Below, piece after piece: positions 1-12,644 of a stretch of 64,000 nucleotides of DNA. Where the stretch lies: the NCBI GenBank assembly GCA_964019425.1, contig OZ025783.1, positions 1,240,001 through 1,304,000 on the forward strand, written 5' to 3'. The notes below the pieces were generated by a model. That model did not search any database. It saw only the letters and a list, made by a program, of their open reading frames with translations, and was not told the DNA's origin. Positions within the stretch are counted from its first letter, which is position 1; each line of letters begins with the position of its first letter. Position numbers and translations under genes: made by a program. The stretch is from Flectonema sp. DT1601. Taxonomy: Eukaryota.

Positions 1-3000
1 TTTGCGATCCCGTTGACATGAGTTCAGGTGGGGGAGTCTGGAAAGAGATGGAAGAAATAGAAGAGAATGACAAGGAGAGTCCAGTGAGCTCATCCTCATC
101 TAACAAAACAGAAGGGGCCGGGGAGGAAGAACCATTGGCAATAAGTAGAATAGAAAGAGCCGATGCGTAACAAGTTTGCCAGATAAAACATTTCTCAAGC
201 CACGATCTTTCAATGGTGAGCTTTTCGATCGTTTTCAGTTTTGTTACTTTGTGGATTTTGACTTCTTCCACAGGGAAGATTTCTTTACCATCTTTTATAA
301 AACTTGCAGTGGCAGGTTCTTCTTTAATGCTGCGCATTAGTGGTCTTGAATGCCACGTGGGGAGGTTCCTCGTCTGGAACAGAACATATGAGCACTGTCT
401 GGCGATTCTGGTGCATTCACAAAATAAAGCTTTTGTTGGTGCTAAAGGTGAACCGATGTGACGTGTCCAGATGTTCAGCTGGTCCATGCAGATGTTTCCT
501 CGTACGCCAACTTCAATAGTAAAAATGTTACAGTCGAAGCCATTAGCGATGATCGAGTCTCTTAGCTTTAGGTATTTCTTTTCCTTTAAGACATGAGAGG
601 TTTCGAAACGATCTTCATTTGGACACGTCAGCTCCAGAATCAGTGCTCTTTTCGCAAAAAAAGAATAAATAAAAATGTCTGGTCTTAGAGAGGACGAGAC
701 ATGGCACACTTCAAGAGGAACAATTAGGCGGTTATCACCGACATCGTCGAGGATGACCCAATCATTCGCTAGTGAAAGTTCGCCTGTCTCTTTAGAAATT
801 CTTTCTAGGGGTTTATTTTCCCCTGTTTTTAAAAAAGTTTGAGAGGGAGGCGGGAGGTTTTCTTTTCTTTTGTTGGCTTTTATTATCAACTCTTCCAAGA
901 AGATAACAATGCGTTTTAGAACGCTGTCGTGACGCCACGTGAACCTCCCTTGTGTTAAAGAGACAGGACAGCCTGTTAAGACATGCCTGAGGGTAGGATT
1001 CACTTTGCCACACAAAACACAATTTTGGTCCACATTGGTGATGTTCCACCTCTTTAAATTATCTTGTGAGGGGAGGGTGTTTGTAACCGCTTTCAGTTGA
1101 AATGAGATATAGGCAGGATTTCCCTCCCTAAGTACCTTATTCCAGGTGAAATCGTTTATCATACATTTAGACCACTCCTTCCACTGACCTTGGACTTGTA
1201 ATTTATTCAAAGAGTTCAGTAGTTCATCTGTGGCTTCCACTTCAAAACGCTTAAGGAGATCGGGGCGAGTAGTACGTAGATCGCGCAATCGGTGACCAAG
1301 ACCAGCTGATTGCTTCGCAAGAGAACGGTAAGAAAAAAACTTAATAAGGCGCTCCCACTCAGCAGAAGCTGAAAACTTTTTCGACCAGTTGGACGATTTC
1401 TCCATAATAACATTGTAGACACCGTGCATGTCAGAGTCCTGTGAGGATCTGAGGATGTCTAGTTTAATTGATTGCGCTTGTTTATATAGCGTCTCAACTC
1501 TTTTGTGTCTGAGACCAACAGTGTTCTTTGAACCGGTAAAAAGGATGACTGTGTTCGCAGAGCGGACAAATCCCCACCATTTCTTCAAAAAAGGTTTAAT
1601 AATTTTGTCCATTTTTTTGGCAAAAGGGAGAGATAAGTCATGGATCATTAAACTCCATGTTAACCTTGACAATAACAAGTGTTGGACAGACCAAGCCTTC
1701 TGAGACCCATATAGTGGCATGGCGTCGACTTTTTTTAAAAAATTCCTGGTAAAAGTGGTCAGGCGCTCTCGCAATTTCTGTTCTTTGGCGTTCGGCTCAA
1801 ACCAACGCCCGAGGTATTTGAACTCTCCAGCTTCCTGGAGATTCGTAATCGGAACATTGTTAATCTTCAGGTCCGGGTTAGCTGGTTTCCCTTGTACAAA
1901 GCTGTGGGCAATGCATTTCTGGGGTTTCGCTTTCATACCACGAGACCAGGAAAGAAACTGTTCGAGCGACTTGATTAGCAATTTTGCCCCCGCCTTTGAT
2001 GACGTGGTAAGTTGTAAATCATCAGCAAAAGCTGCAACTAATAGTTGGAGGGATTTATTGTTAAACTCGTAGGCTTCCTGTTGATGAACTGCTAAGGAAA
2101 AGAGCAGTAGTTGGAATACCAAATTAAAAAGGGTTGGGGAGGAAACGCAGCCTTGAAAGACACCAACTTCAAAAGGGATAGTGGGCGTCAGGCCTTCTCC
2201 AACTCTGATTTGGACGCGCATGGAGGAATAATACCTTTTATAGAAACCGATTATTCTTTCGTGAATTCCGAAATATTTTAAAGCAAAGAAAATTAATTGA
2301 TGTTTGACTGAGCCGAAAGCATCTGCCAAATCCACCCAGACAATTGTTAGGTTTTTCCGGAGAGCTTTCACTTCTTTAAAAATCTCTGAGGTGATCGTGG
2401 CATGTTCGATACATCCAGAGACACCTTTCCTAAAGCCTTTTTGAAAATTAAATTTAGAAAGAGTGTGGTTTGCGACGGCTTCCTGAATAACCGTATTAAA
2501 AATTTTCCCGTCGCAGTTGCCCACAGCTATCGGTCTCGTTTTCGAGATGTCTTTCCCATCGGAGTTGGGCTTTGGGAGCATTGTTACAAATGCTAAGCCC
2601 CAACTATCCGGATAGGCCTTGAGTTCGAAAATTCTCTTTAATACCTTGTAAAGTGCTTCCATAAAAGTTGGGACCTTTTTCCATACAACATAAGGTATGC
2701 AATTGGGACCAGGGGCACATTTGTTTTTTTTCTTTGATAAGAGAATACCAAACTGTTCGAAGCTCGGGAACTGGATATCATCCATTGTCTTGTAGTCAGA
2801 CTTAGGTAAAAAAGAGGGATGGGTGAAATCAGTTTTTTTTTTTTCATTGTCACAATAGTTGTTTTTAAAATGTTCAATTATTTTTTCCTCTGGAATATCA
2901 AGGGAGGGGGGTTGAGGATCTTCTTTTTGGAGTTCTTCTTTTATGGCAGTAAACGGATTTTGACGAAATTTATCTTGTAATTTTTTGAATAAATTTTTCT

Positions 3001-3934
3001 TTTCTAAATTCCGATACATTCGGAAAATCCTTTTCATTCTCGTTCTTGCCTCTTTCCATTTGACAGCGTTCTCTATAGAAGGCCCAGATTTGCGGAGCTC
3101 CTGTCTTAGCTGTTTCATTTCCAGACGACATTCAAGTTTTTCTTGGTCGAGGATGACCTCTTCCCTTGATTTCTGTTTGCGGGGTAAATTCCGCTTTGTT
3201 TCTTCAAAGAAACCGCTACATATTTGATAAACCGTTTTGAGTAGTTTATCAAGTTGGTCGGCAGGTTTTGAAGAATTTTCTGTTTCGACGGTGAAAGTTT
3301 GAAGTTTTTCTGCAGCAGAAACGTCGATGTCCTTCCATTCAGTTCCAAAAGATCGGAATTTGAGACGAGACGGGTGTAACGGGGTAAAAGTGGGTGTTGT
3401 AGAGTTATAAGGAACGAAAGCTGTTTGTGAAGTTTTAAAATCTACAGATTCTCCTACAAAGGGAGGTTCCAGGTCTGAATTATTCCCTGTGAGGGGAGAC
3501 AGAGGTGTACCTTTACATGTACCGTTAACACAGTGTTTCGCTCTCGTAGCGATACTTTTGAAAAGCTTACCACATTCTGGACAAGGTAAGTGGTAACAAT
3601 CTTTAACTTGGGAGTGGGTAGATGGGGGAAAACGTGACTTATAGTCCTTAAATTCCTTACTAAACTTACAGTTACGTCTAAAATGCGCAACTGGACCTTT
3701 GAGGTATGTCTCAAAACATAAAGGACATTTGGCTACTAAAGTTTTATCCCCATCCAGAGCCGATCTCGAAATAGCCTCTTGCAAAGCCTCGGGGGCTGGG
3801 TTGGCTGAGAGATGGTTGCCAGTATCTTTATGACACCGCCGGCCCGGTGTTTCTTTTTTTTTTTGTTGTGAAGTAGCAATAATAAAAAAAAAAAAAAATA
3901 GAAAAGAGAATGGCTCAGAAACAATATCGATGAG
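1..3934 (-). CDS. Non-LTR retrotransposon polyprotein (2 N-terminal C2HC zinc fingers, reverse transcriptase, CCHC knuckle, REL endonuclease), HERO-like; 3' end runs off the window
   Basis: Manual translation gives one stop-free minus frame from 3934 to base 1 (~1310 codons). Motifs: CPLCFETYLKGPVAHFRRNC, CPECGKLFKSIATRAKHCVNGTC, APGPNCIPY, TRPIAVGNCDGKIF, QKGFRKGVSGCIEH, WVDLADAFGSVKH, GVFQGCVSSPTLF, FADD (~2020), FKYLGRW, CVLCGKVNPTLRHVLTGC, WRHDSVL, LRPDI..ELTCP..KEKKY..IEVGVRG. The HERO assignment rests on remembered motif resemblance. Confidence 0.93.
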
Positions 3935-4223
3935 TTAAGATCTTTTTTTTTAAACTATTCCTTTTTTTTTAATTTCGGGCAGCTAACCCTAGAGTTTTTT
4001 TTGGTAAATACTGTTTAAAGGAAAACGAGCTACGCTCTAAAACAGAAAAATCGGAGTAACTACTTGTTTATAATATATATTTTGATAAATAATGTGGTTG
4101 GCAAATGAATGCCGAAGAGGCAACTTGAGAAAAGCAATTGGATGAGAAGAAACATTGGGTCTTATAAAGCAAAGTAGATAGAGGGGCCTAAAAAGACCGC
4201 AGAGTGGATAGCTCCACAAAAGG
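1..4223 (-). mobile_element. REL-type (R2 group, HERO-like) non-LTR retrotransposon including putative 5' leader
   Basis: ORF above plus ~290 bp of upstream sequence ending at the foldback terminus. The true 5' boundary is not established. Confidence 0.8.
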
Positions 4224-4621
4224 CTGAATTTCGATAAGTGGGAAGTAACGGACTGGGAGCTTTTGGCTCCTGCCCTATTCCCGACGTAAACTTTCTTTTT
4301 ATTTTTTTTTTTTTTTTAACAGGCCCAAAGGGCGACAATGATGGTTGCTGACCAAGGAATAATATTCAAATGAATTTTCGTTTCAAAGAAACGAACAGAA
4401 TTAAGAGAGAGGTAGAGAAAAAAAAAAAAAAAAAAAAAAAGAAAGAATAGAAAAAAAATATGAAGAGGAAATAATCAAACATGAAAAAAAAAAAAAAAAA
4501 TAAAATATAAATAAAAAACGTTGTATGAAAAAGGAAAAAAAGAAAAAAAAAAGACCAGAAAAGGAAAGAGAAAATGAAAAGGTATAATATTATTGTGGGG
4601 ATATGAGGATAGCAGGGAGAT

Positions 4622-4659
<38 letters not shown>

Positions 4660-4680
4660 TTATTATTTAAAAAAAGGAAA

Positions 4681-4912
4681 CAATCAGTTTAGCGTCTCGA
4701 TCAGGACGGAAAATAGAAATTAATCGACATAGTCGATCGATAGAAAAAAAACAATGATAACATTGTTTATTCCTTTTTTTTTTTTTTTTTTTTATTCTTT
4801 TTATTTATTTTTAAAGAAAAAACAATCAGTTTAGCGTCCTGACCAGGACGGAAAATTGAAAGTGATCCACATAGTCGATCGATAGAAAAAAGACAATGAT
4901 AACATTGTTTAT

Positions 4913-4945
<33 letters not shown>

Positions 4946-5336
4946 CTTTTAATTATTTTAAAGAAAAAACAATCAGTTTAGCGTCTTGACCAGGACGGAA
5001 AATAGAAAGTGATCGACATAGTCGATCGATAAAAAACAATGATAACATTGTTTATTCCTTTTTTTTTTCTTTTTTTTTTATTCTTTTTATTTATTTTTAA
5101 AGAAAAAACAATCAGTTTAGCGTCCTGACCAGGACGGAAAATAGAAAGTAATCGACATAGTCGATCGATAAAAAAAAAACAATGATAACATTGTTTATTC
5201 CTTTTTTTTTTCTTTTTTTTTATTCTTTTTATTTATTTTTAAAGAAAAAACAATCAGTTTAGCGTCCTGACCAGGACGGAAAATTGAAAGTGATCGACAT
5301 AGTCGATCGATAAAAAAACAATGATAACATTGTTTA

Positions 5337-5370
<34 letters not shown>

Positions 5371-6143
5371 CTTTTAATTATTTTTTAAAGAAAAAACAAT
5401 CAGTTTAGCGTCTTGACCAGGACGGAAAATAGAAAGTGATCGACATAGTCGATCGATAAAAAACAATGATAACATTGTTTATTCTTTTTTTTTTTTTTTT
5501 TTTTTTTTAATCCTTTTTATTATTTTAAAGAAAAAACAATCAGTTTAGCGTCTTGACCAGGACGGAAAATAGAAAGTGATCGACATAGTCGATCGATAAA
5601 AAAACAATGATAACATTGTTTATTCTTTTTTTTTTTTTTTTTTTAAATTCTTTTTATTTATTTTTAAAGAAAAAAAACGGAAAATAAAAATTAGTCGACA
5701 AAGTCGAACGATAAAAAAAAACAATGATAACATTGTTTATTCTTTTTTTTTTTGTTTTTTTTTATATTCTTTTTTATTAATTTTGAAAAAAAAACAATCA
5801 GTTTAGCGTCTTGACCAGGACGGAAAATAGAAAGTAATCGACATAGTCGATCGATAAAAAAAACAATGATAACATTGTTTACTCTTTTTTTTTTTTTTTT
5901 TTAAATTCTTTTTATTTTAAAAAGAAAAAAAACGGAAAATAGAAATTAGTCAACAAAGTCGAACGATAAAAAAAAAAACAATGATAACATTGTTTATTCT
6001 TTTTTTTTTATTTTTTTTTTTAAATTCTTTTTTATTAATTTTGAAAAAAAAAACAATCAGTTTAGCGTCTTGACCAGGACGGAAAATAGAAAGTGATCGA
6101 CATAGTCGATCGATAAAAAAAAAACAATGATAACATTGTTTAT

Positions 6144-6180
<37 letters not shown>

Positions 6181-6312
6181 CTTTTTTTTTTTTTAAAGAA
6201 AAAACAATCAGTTTAGCGTCTTGACCAGGACGGAAAATAGAAAGTAATCGACATAGTCGATCGATAAAAAAAACAATGATAACATTGTTTATTCTTTTTT
6301 TTTTTTTTTTTA
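4681..6312 (+). repeat. Tandem array of ~140-bp triple-hairpin units, left arm (~12 units)
   Basis: Unit CAATCAGTTTAGCGTCYTGACCAGGACGGAAAATAGAAAGTRATCGACATAGTCGATCGATA(n)CAATGATAACATTGTTTATTC-T(n) starts at ~4681, 4823, 4970, 5109, 5251, 5397, 5537 etc. Two short variants lack the first hairpin. Confidence 0.95.
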
Positions 6313-6746
6313 AATAAAAAGAATAAAAAAAAAAAAAAAAGGAATAAACAATGTTATCATTGTTTTTATTTTATCGATCGACTATGTCGATTACTTTCTA
6401 TTTTCCGTCCTGGTCAAGACGCTAAACTGATTGTTTTTTCTTTAAAAAATAAAAAGAAGGATTTAAAAAAAAAAAAAAAAAAAAAAGAATAAACAATGTT
6501 ATCATTGTTTTTTTATCGATCGACTATGTCGATCACTTTCTATTTTTCGTCCTGGTCAAGACGCTAAACTGATTGTTTTTTCTTTAAAAATAATAAAAAG
6601 GATTTAAAAAAAAAAAAAAAAAAAAAAAAAGAATAAACAATGTTATCATTGTTTTATTTTATCGATCGACTATGTCGATCACTTTCTATTTTTCGTCCTG
6701 GTCAAGACGCTAAACTGATTGTTTTTTCTTTAAAAATAATAAAAAG

Positions 6747-6794
<48 letters not shown>

Positions 6795-7163
6795 ATAAAC
6801 AATGTTATCATTGTTTTTTTATCGATCGACTATGTCGATCACTTTCTATTTTCCGTCCTGGTCAAGACGCAAAACTGATTGTTTTTTTTCAAAATTAATA
6901 AAAAAGAATACAAAAAAAAATAAAAAAAAAAGAATAAACAATGTTATCATTGTTTTTTTTTATCGTTCGACGTTGTTGACTAATTTCTAGTTTCCGTTTT
7001 TTTTTTTTCTTTTTAAAAAATAAATAAAAAGATTTAAAAAAAAAAAAAAAGAATAAACAATGTTATCATTGTTTTTTTTATCGATCGACTATGTCGATTA
7101 CTTTCTATTTTCCGTCCTGGTCAAGACGCTAAACTGATTGTTTTTTCTTTAAAAAAAAAAAAG

Positions 7164-7198
<35 letters not shown>

Positions 7199-7968
7199 TA
7201 AACAATGTTATCATTGTTTTTTTTTATCGATCGACTATGTCGATCACTTTCTATTTTCCGTCCTGGTCAAGACGCTAAACTGATTGTTTTTTTTTCAAAA
7301 TTAATAAAAAAGAATATAAAAAAAAAAAATAAAAAAAAAAGAATAAACAATGTTATCATTGTTTTTTTTTTATCGTTCGACTTTGTCGACTAATTTCTAT
7401 TTTCCGTTTTTTTTCTTTTTAAAATAAAAAGAATTTAAAAAAAAAAAAAAAAAAAGAGTAAACAATGTTATCATTGTTTTTTTTTATCGATCGACTATGT
7501 CGATTACTTTCTATTTTCCGTCCTAGTCAAGACGCTAAACTGATTGTTTTTTTTTTCAAAATTAATAAAAAAGAATAAAAAAAAACAAAAAAAAAGAATA
7601 AACAATGTTATCATTGTTTTTTTTTTATCGTTCGACTTTGTCGACTAATTTTTATTTTCCGTTTTTTTTTCTTTAAAAATAAATAAAAAGAATTTAAAAA
7701 AAAAAAAAAAAAAGAATAAACAATGTTATCATTGTTTTTTTATCGATCGACTATGTCGATCACTTTCTATTTTCCGTCCTGGTCAAGACGCTAAACTGAT
7801 TGTTTTTTCTTTAAAATAATAAAAAGGATTAAAAAAAAAAAAAAAAAAAAAAAAGAATAAACAATGTTATCATTGTTTTTTATCGATCGACTATGTCGAT
7901 CACTTTCTATTTTCCGTCCTGGTCAAGACGCTAAACTGATTGTTTTTTCTTTAAAAAATAATTAAAAG

Positions 7969-8005
<37 letters not shown>

Positions 8006-9010
8006 ATAAACAATGTTATCATTGTTTTTTTATCGATCGACTATGTCGATCACTTTCAATTTTCCGTCCTGGTCAGGACGCTAAACTGATTGTTTTTTCT
8101 TTAAAAATAAATAAAAAGAATAAAAAAAAAAAAAAAAAAAAAGGAATAAACAATGTTATCATTGTTTTTTTTTTATCGATCGACTATGTCGATTACTTTC
8201 TATTTTCCGCCCTGGTCAAGACGCTAAACTGATTGTTTTTCTTTAAAATAATTAAAAGGATTTAAAAAAAAAAAAAAAAAAAAAAAAAGAATAAACAATG
8301 TTATCATTGTTTTTTTTCTATCGATCGACTATGTCGATCACTTTCAATTTTCCGTCCTGGTCAGGACGCTAAACTGATTGTTTTTTCTTTAAAAATAAAT
8401 AAAAAGAATAAAAAAAAAAAAAAAAAAAAAAGGAATAAACAATGTTATCATTGTTTTTTTTCTATCGATCGACTATGTCGATCACTTTCAATTTTCCGTC
8501 CTGGTCAGGACGCTAAACTGATTGTTTTTTCTTTAAAAATAAATAAAAAGAATAAAAAAAAAAAAAAAAAAAAAAGGAATAAACAATGTTATCATTGTTT
8601 TTTTTCTATCGATCGACTATGTCGATCACTTTCAATTTTCCGTCCTGGTCAGGACGCTAAACTGATTGTTTTTTCTTTAAAAATAAATAAAAAGAATAAA
8701 AAAAAAAAAAAAAAAAAAAGGAATAAACAATGTTATCATTGTTTTTTTTCTATCGATCGACTATGTCGATCACTTTCAATTTTCCGTCCTGGTCAGGACG
8801 CTAAACTGATTGTTTTTTCTTTAAAAATAAATAAAAAGAATAAAAAAAAAAAAAAAAAAAAAAGGAATAAACAATGTTATCATTGTTTTTTTTCTATCGA
8901 TCGACTATGTCGATTAATTTCTATTTTCCGTCCTGATCGAGACGCTAAACTGATTGTTTCTTTTTTTAAATAATAAATAAAAAAAAAAAGAAAAAAAAAA
9001 AAAAAAAAAG
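6313..9010 (-). repeat. Tandem array of ~140-bp triple-hairpin units, right arm (~19 units, inverted)
   Basis: Reverse-complement units (AAACAATGTTATCATTG...GATCGACTATGTCGAT...CCGTCCTGGTCAAGACG). Variant order roughly mirrors the left arm, with extra copies. Confidence 0.95.
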
Positions 9011-9193
9011 AGCATCTCCCTGCTATCCTCATATCCCCACAATAATATTATACCTTTTCATTTTCTCTTTCCTTTTCTGGTCTTTTTTTTTTCTTTTTTT
9101 CCTTTTTCATACAACGTTTTTTATTTATATTTTATTTTTTTTTTTTTTTTTTCATGTTTGATTATTTCCTCTTCATATTTTTTTTCTATTCTT

Positions 9194-9224
<31 letters not shown>

Positions 9225-9524
9225 CTCTACCTCTCTCTTAATTCTGTTCGTTTCTTTGAAACGAAAATTCATTTGAATATTATTCCTTGGTCAGCAACCA
9301 TCATTGTCGCCCTTTGGGCCTGTTAAAAAAAAAAAAAAAAATAAAAAGAAAGTTTACATCGGGAATAGGGCAGGAGCCAAAAGCTCCCAGTCCGTTACTT
9401 CCCACCTTTTCGAAATTCAGCGTCTTGACCAGGACGGAAAATAGAAAGTGATCGACATAGTCGATCGATAAAAAAACAATGATAACATTGTTTATTCTTT
9501 TTTTTTATTTTAAATTCTTTTTAT

Positions 9525-10043
9525 TTATTTTTTAAAGAAAAAAAAAAAACGGAAAATAGCAACAGATTCATACAGAACGGGGGTTCGGGGGGAAACTTGT
9601 TGACTAAAGTGGGTCATACGGGGACGCGCGGCACGCAAACTCTCGACCTCCTGTTGAGTATAGAAAAGTCTTATTTTACTTTCTCTTTCCTCATTACATT
9701 TGGTCTCCAATTCGTTCGACAGAAGAACAAACCTTTGATGGTAATTAAAGAGCGCCATTTCCGATAGGTCTGCTCTCTGAGTCAGATTTGCGAGCTCACG
9801 TTTCCTGTAATCTTCCACTAAGTCATATTGTCGAACTAGTGCAGAAAGAGAAGTCTTCGATTCATCGCGTTCTGCTGTTAACCGTTGAATTACTCCTTCC
9901 AGAAGTTCATATTCTTTTCTATCTTTTTCAATAATTAAAACAGGGGGCGCAGGAGGAAGTGAGGATGGATCCTGGTTGGTAGCTTTGATCTCAACAGGTA
10001 ATCCATTTAGTAACTGCTTGTCTTTCTCGAGGGAGGCTGACAA
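9525..10043 (-). pseudogene. Fragment of the retroelement ORF's coiled-coil C-terminal extension, embedded between inverted repeat units
   Basis: SASLEKDKQLL...YRKRELA is near-identical to the translation of 14766-15019 (+), which is contiguous with sequence matching the end of the 1-3934 ORF. Confidence 0.8.
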
Positions 10044-10044
10044 A

Positions 10045-10631
10045 TAAAAAGATAAAAAGAAAAAAAAAAAGGAATAAACAATGTTATCATTGTTTTTTTT
10101 CTATCGATCGACTATGTCGATTAATTTCTATTTTCCGTCCTGATCGAGACGCTAAACTGATTGTTTCCTTTTTTTTAAATAATAAATAAAAAAAAAAAAA
10201 AATTAAAAAAAAAAAAAAAAGAGCATCTCCCTGCTATCCCTCATATCCCCACAATAATATTATACCTTTTCATTTTCTCTTTCCTTTTCTGGTCTTTTTT
10301 TTTTTTTTTTTTTTTTTTGTTTCCTTTTCATACAACGTTTTTTTATTTATATATATTTTTTTTTTTTTTTCCATGTTTGATTATTTCCTCTTCATATTTT
10401 TTTTCTTTTTTCTTTTCTTTCTTTTTTTTCTTTTTTTTCTCTGCCTCTCTCTTAATTCTGTTCGTTTCTTTGAAACGAAAATTCATTTGAATATTATTCC
10501 TTGGTCAGCAACCATCATTGTCGCCCTTTGGGCCTGTTAAAAAAAATAAAAAAATAAAAAGAAAGTTTACATCGGGAATAGGGCAGGAGCCAAAAGCTCC
10601 CAGTCCGTTACTTCCCACTTTATCGAAATTC
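10045..10631 (-). repeat. Additional foldback arm: one repeat unit plus full terminal block
   Basis: Near-identical to 8850-9418; ends CTTCCCACTTTATCGAAATTC. Confidence 0.92.
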
Positions 10632-10829
10632 TCCCTAGACCCGGCATATCCCTGAGTATCTCTAATTCCAACATGGCCCGCCACCTCTTTGTATACTCCT
10701 GTTCGTGTGCCATTGTCGTGTTCATCCCAGGCCCCCGCGTTGATGCCGTCTCACTCCCTGCCCCTAGTGTGCAGTTTGTCTTCGACTGGCTGTGCCCCCT
10801 CCTCGTGTACGACACCAGCGTGGGTTCTA

Positions 10830-11695
10830 GGCCCCGTCTCTGCATACCTCCTCGGGGCTGCCCCTTCGCCAAACACGTTGTGTCTACTCCTCGAGTACGG
10901 CACCAACGCGAGTGCTCCAGGCCCAGCCTCCGCACAGCCCACCGGAGCCGCCCCTTCGCCAATCACGTTGTGTCCACTCCCCGAGTACGACACTGTGAGT
11001 GCTCCAGGCCCAGCCTCCACATAGCTCCCCGGAGCTGTCCCTTCGCCAAACACCTCGTGTCCTCTCCCCGAGTACGACACCGTGAATGCTCCGGGCCCAG
11101 CCTCCGCTTCGCCAAACACATTATGTCCACTCCCCGAGTGCGACACCGTGAGTGCTCCAGGCCCAGCCTCCGCATAGCTCCCCGGAGCTGTCCCTTCGCC
11201 AAACACCTCGTGTCCTCTCCCCGAGTACGACACCGTGAATGCTCCGGGCCCAGCCTCCGCGTAGCTCCCCGGAGCTGTCCCTTCGCCAAACACCTTGTGT
11301 CCACTCCCCGAGTACAACACCGCGAATGCTCCAGGCCCAGCCTCCGCACAGCTCCCCGGAGCTGTCCCTTCGCCAAACACCTTGTGTCTACTCCCCGAGT
11401 ACGACACCGTGAATGCTCCAGGCCCAGCCTCCGCATAGCTCCCCGGAGCCGTCCCTTCGCCAAACACATTATGTCCACTCCCCGAGTGCGACACCGTGAA
11501 TGCTCCGGGCCCAGCCTCCGCATAGCTCCCCGGAGCTGTCCCTTCGCCAAACACATTATGTCCACTCCTCGAGTGCGACACAGTGAGTGCTCCAGGCCCA
11601 GCCTCCGCACAGCTCCCCGGAGCTGTCCCTTCGCCAAACACGTTGTGTCCACTCCCCGAGTACGACACCGTGAGTGCTCCAGGCCCAGCCTCCGT
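10830..11695. repeat. GC-rich 87-bp (29-codon) tandem repeat, ~10 copies; coding strand and frame undetermined
   Basis: CTTCGCCAA recurs at ~10864, 10954, 11041, 11107, 11194, 11281, 11368, 11455, 11542, 11629 (spacings 90, 87, 66, then 87). Long ORFs occur on both strands. Confidence 0.93.
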
Positions 11696-11861
11696 CTCTG
11701 CCAGTTGGTCGAGCACGCTGGACCTAGACATCACGAAGCGGCCGTTATTGTCCTACGAGGCGTCGGGAAAACAAGATGACAAGTGGGCCACATCGGATGT
11801 GAGGGGATTTGAGAACACGAGAGGGACGTGCTATGCCGCAGCAACAGTCTGCAGCCTAATA

Positions 11862-12613
11862 TTTTTATCGATCGACTATGTTGATTACTTTCTATTTTCC
11901 GTCCTGGTCAGGACGCTAAACTGATTGTTTTTTCTTTAAAAATAAATAAAAAGAATAAAAAAAAAAAAAAAAAGGAATAAACAATGTTATCATTGTTTTT
12001 TTTTATCGATCGACTATGTCGATTACTTTCTATTTTCCGTCCTGGTCAGGACGCTAAACTGATTGTTTTTTCTTTAAAAATAAATAAAAAGAATAAAAAA
12101 AAAAAAAAAAAGGAATAAACAATGTTATCATTGTTTTTTTTTATCGATCGACTATGTCGATTACTTTCTATTTTCCGTCCTGGTCAAGACGCTAAACTGA
12201 TTGTTTTTTCTTTAAATTTCGATAAAGTGGGAAGTAACGGACTGGGAGCTTTTGGCTCCTGCCCTATTCCCGATGTAAACTTTCTTTTTATTTTTTATTT
12301 TTTTTAACAGGCCCAAAGGGCGACAATGATGGTTGCTGACCAAGGAATAATATTCAAATGAATTTTCGTTTCAAAGAAACGAACAGAATTAAGAGAGAGG
12401 CAGAGAAAAAAAAGAAAAAAAAGAAAGAAAAGAAAAAAGAAAAAAAAAATATGAAGAGGAAATAATCAAACATGAAAAAAAAAAAAAAAAAAAAAAAAAT
12501 AAACAATGTTATCATTGTTTTTTTTTCTATCGATCGACTATGTCGATTAATTTCTATTTTCCGTCCTGATCGAGACGCTAAACTGATTGTTTCCTTTTTT
12601 TAAATAATAAATG

Positions 12614-12644
<31 letters not shown>

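Larger units (their letters stand above)
4224..9420. repeat. ~5.2 kb foldback (long inverted repeat) with ~410-450 bp terminal blocks and internal tandem arrays; symmetry centre ~6313
   Basis: Left end CTGAATTTCGATAAGTGGGAAGTAACGGACTGGGAGC is the near reverse complement of right end GCTCCCAGTCCGTTACTTCCCACCTTTTCGAAATTCAG. The internal units flip orientation at ~6313. Confidence 0.95.

Noticed and set aside
213..3924. Short ORFs listed in the track across 213-3924
   Set aside because: They are shadows of the long minus-strand retroelement frame.
4681..9010. CRISPR array
   Set aside because: Palindromic repeats are present, but the intervening DNA is homopolymer of variable length rather than unique spacers. 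There are no cas genes and the context is eukaryotic.
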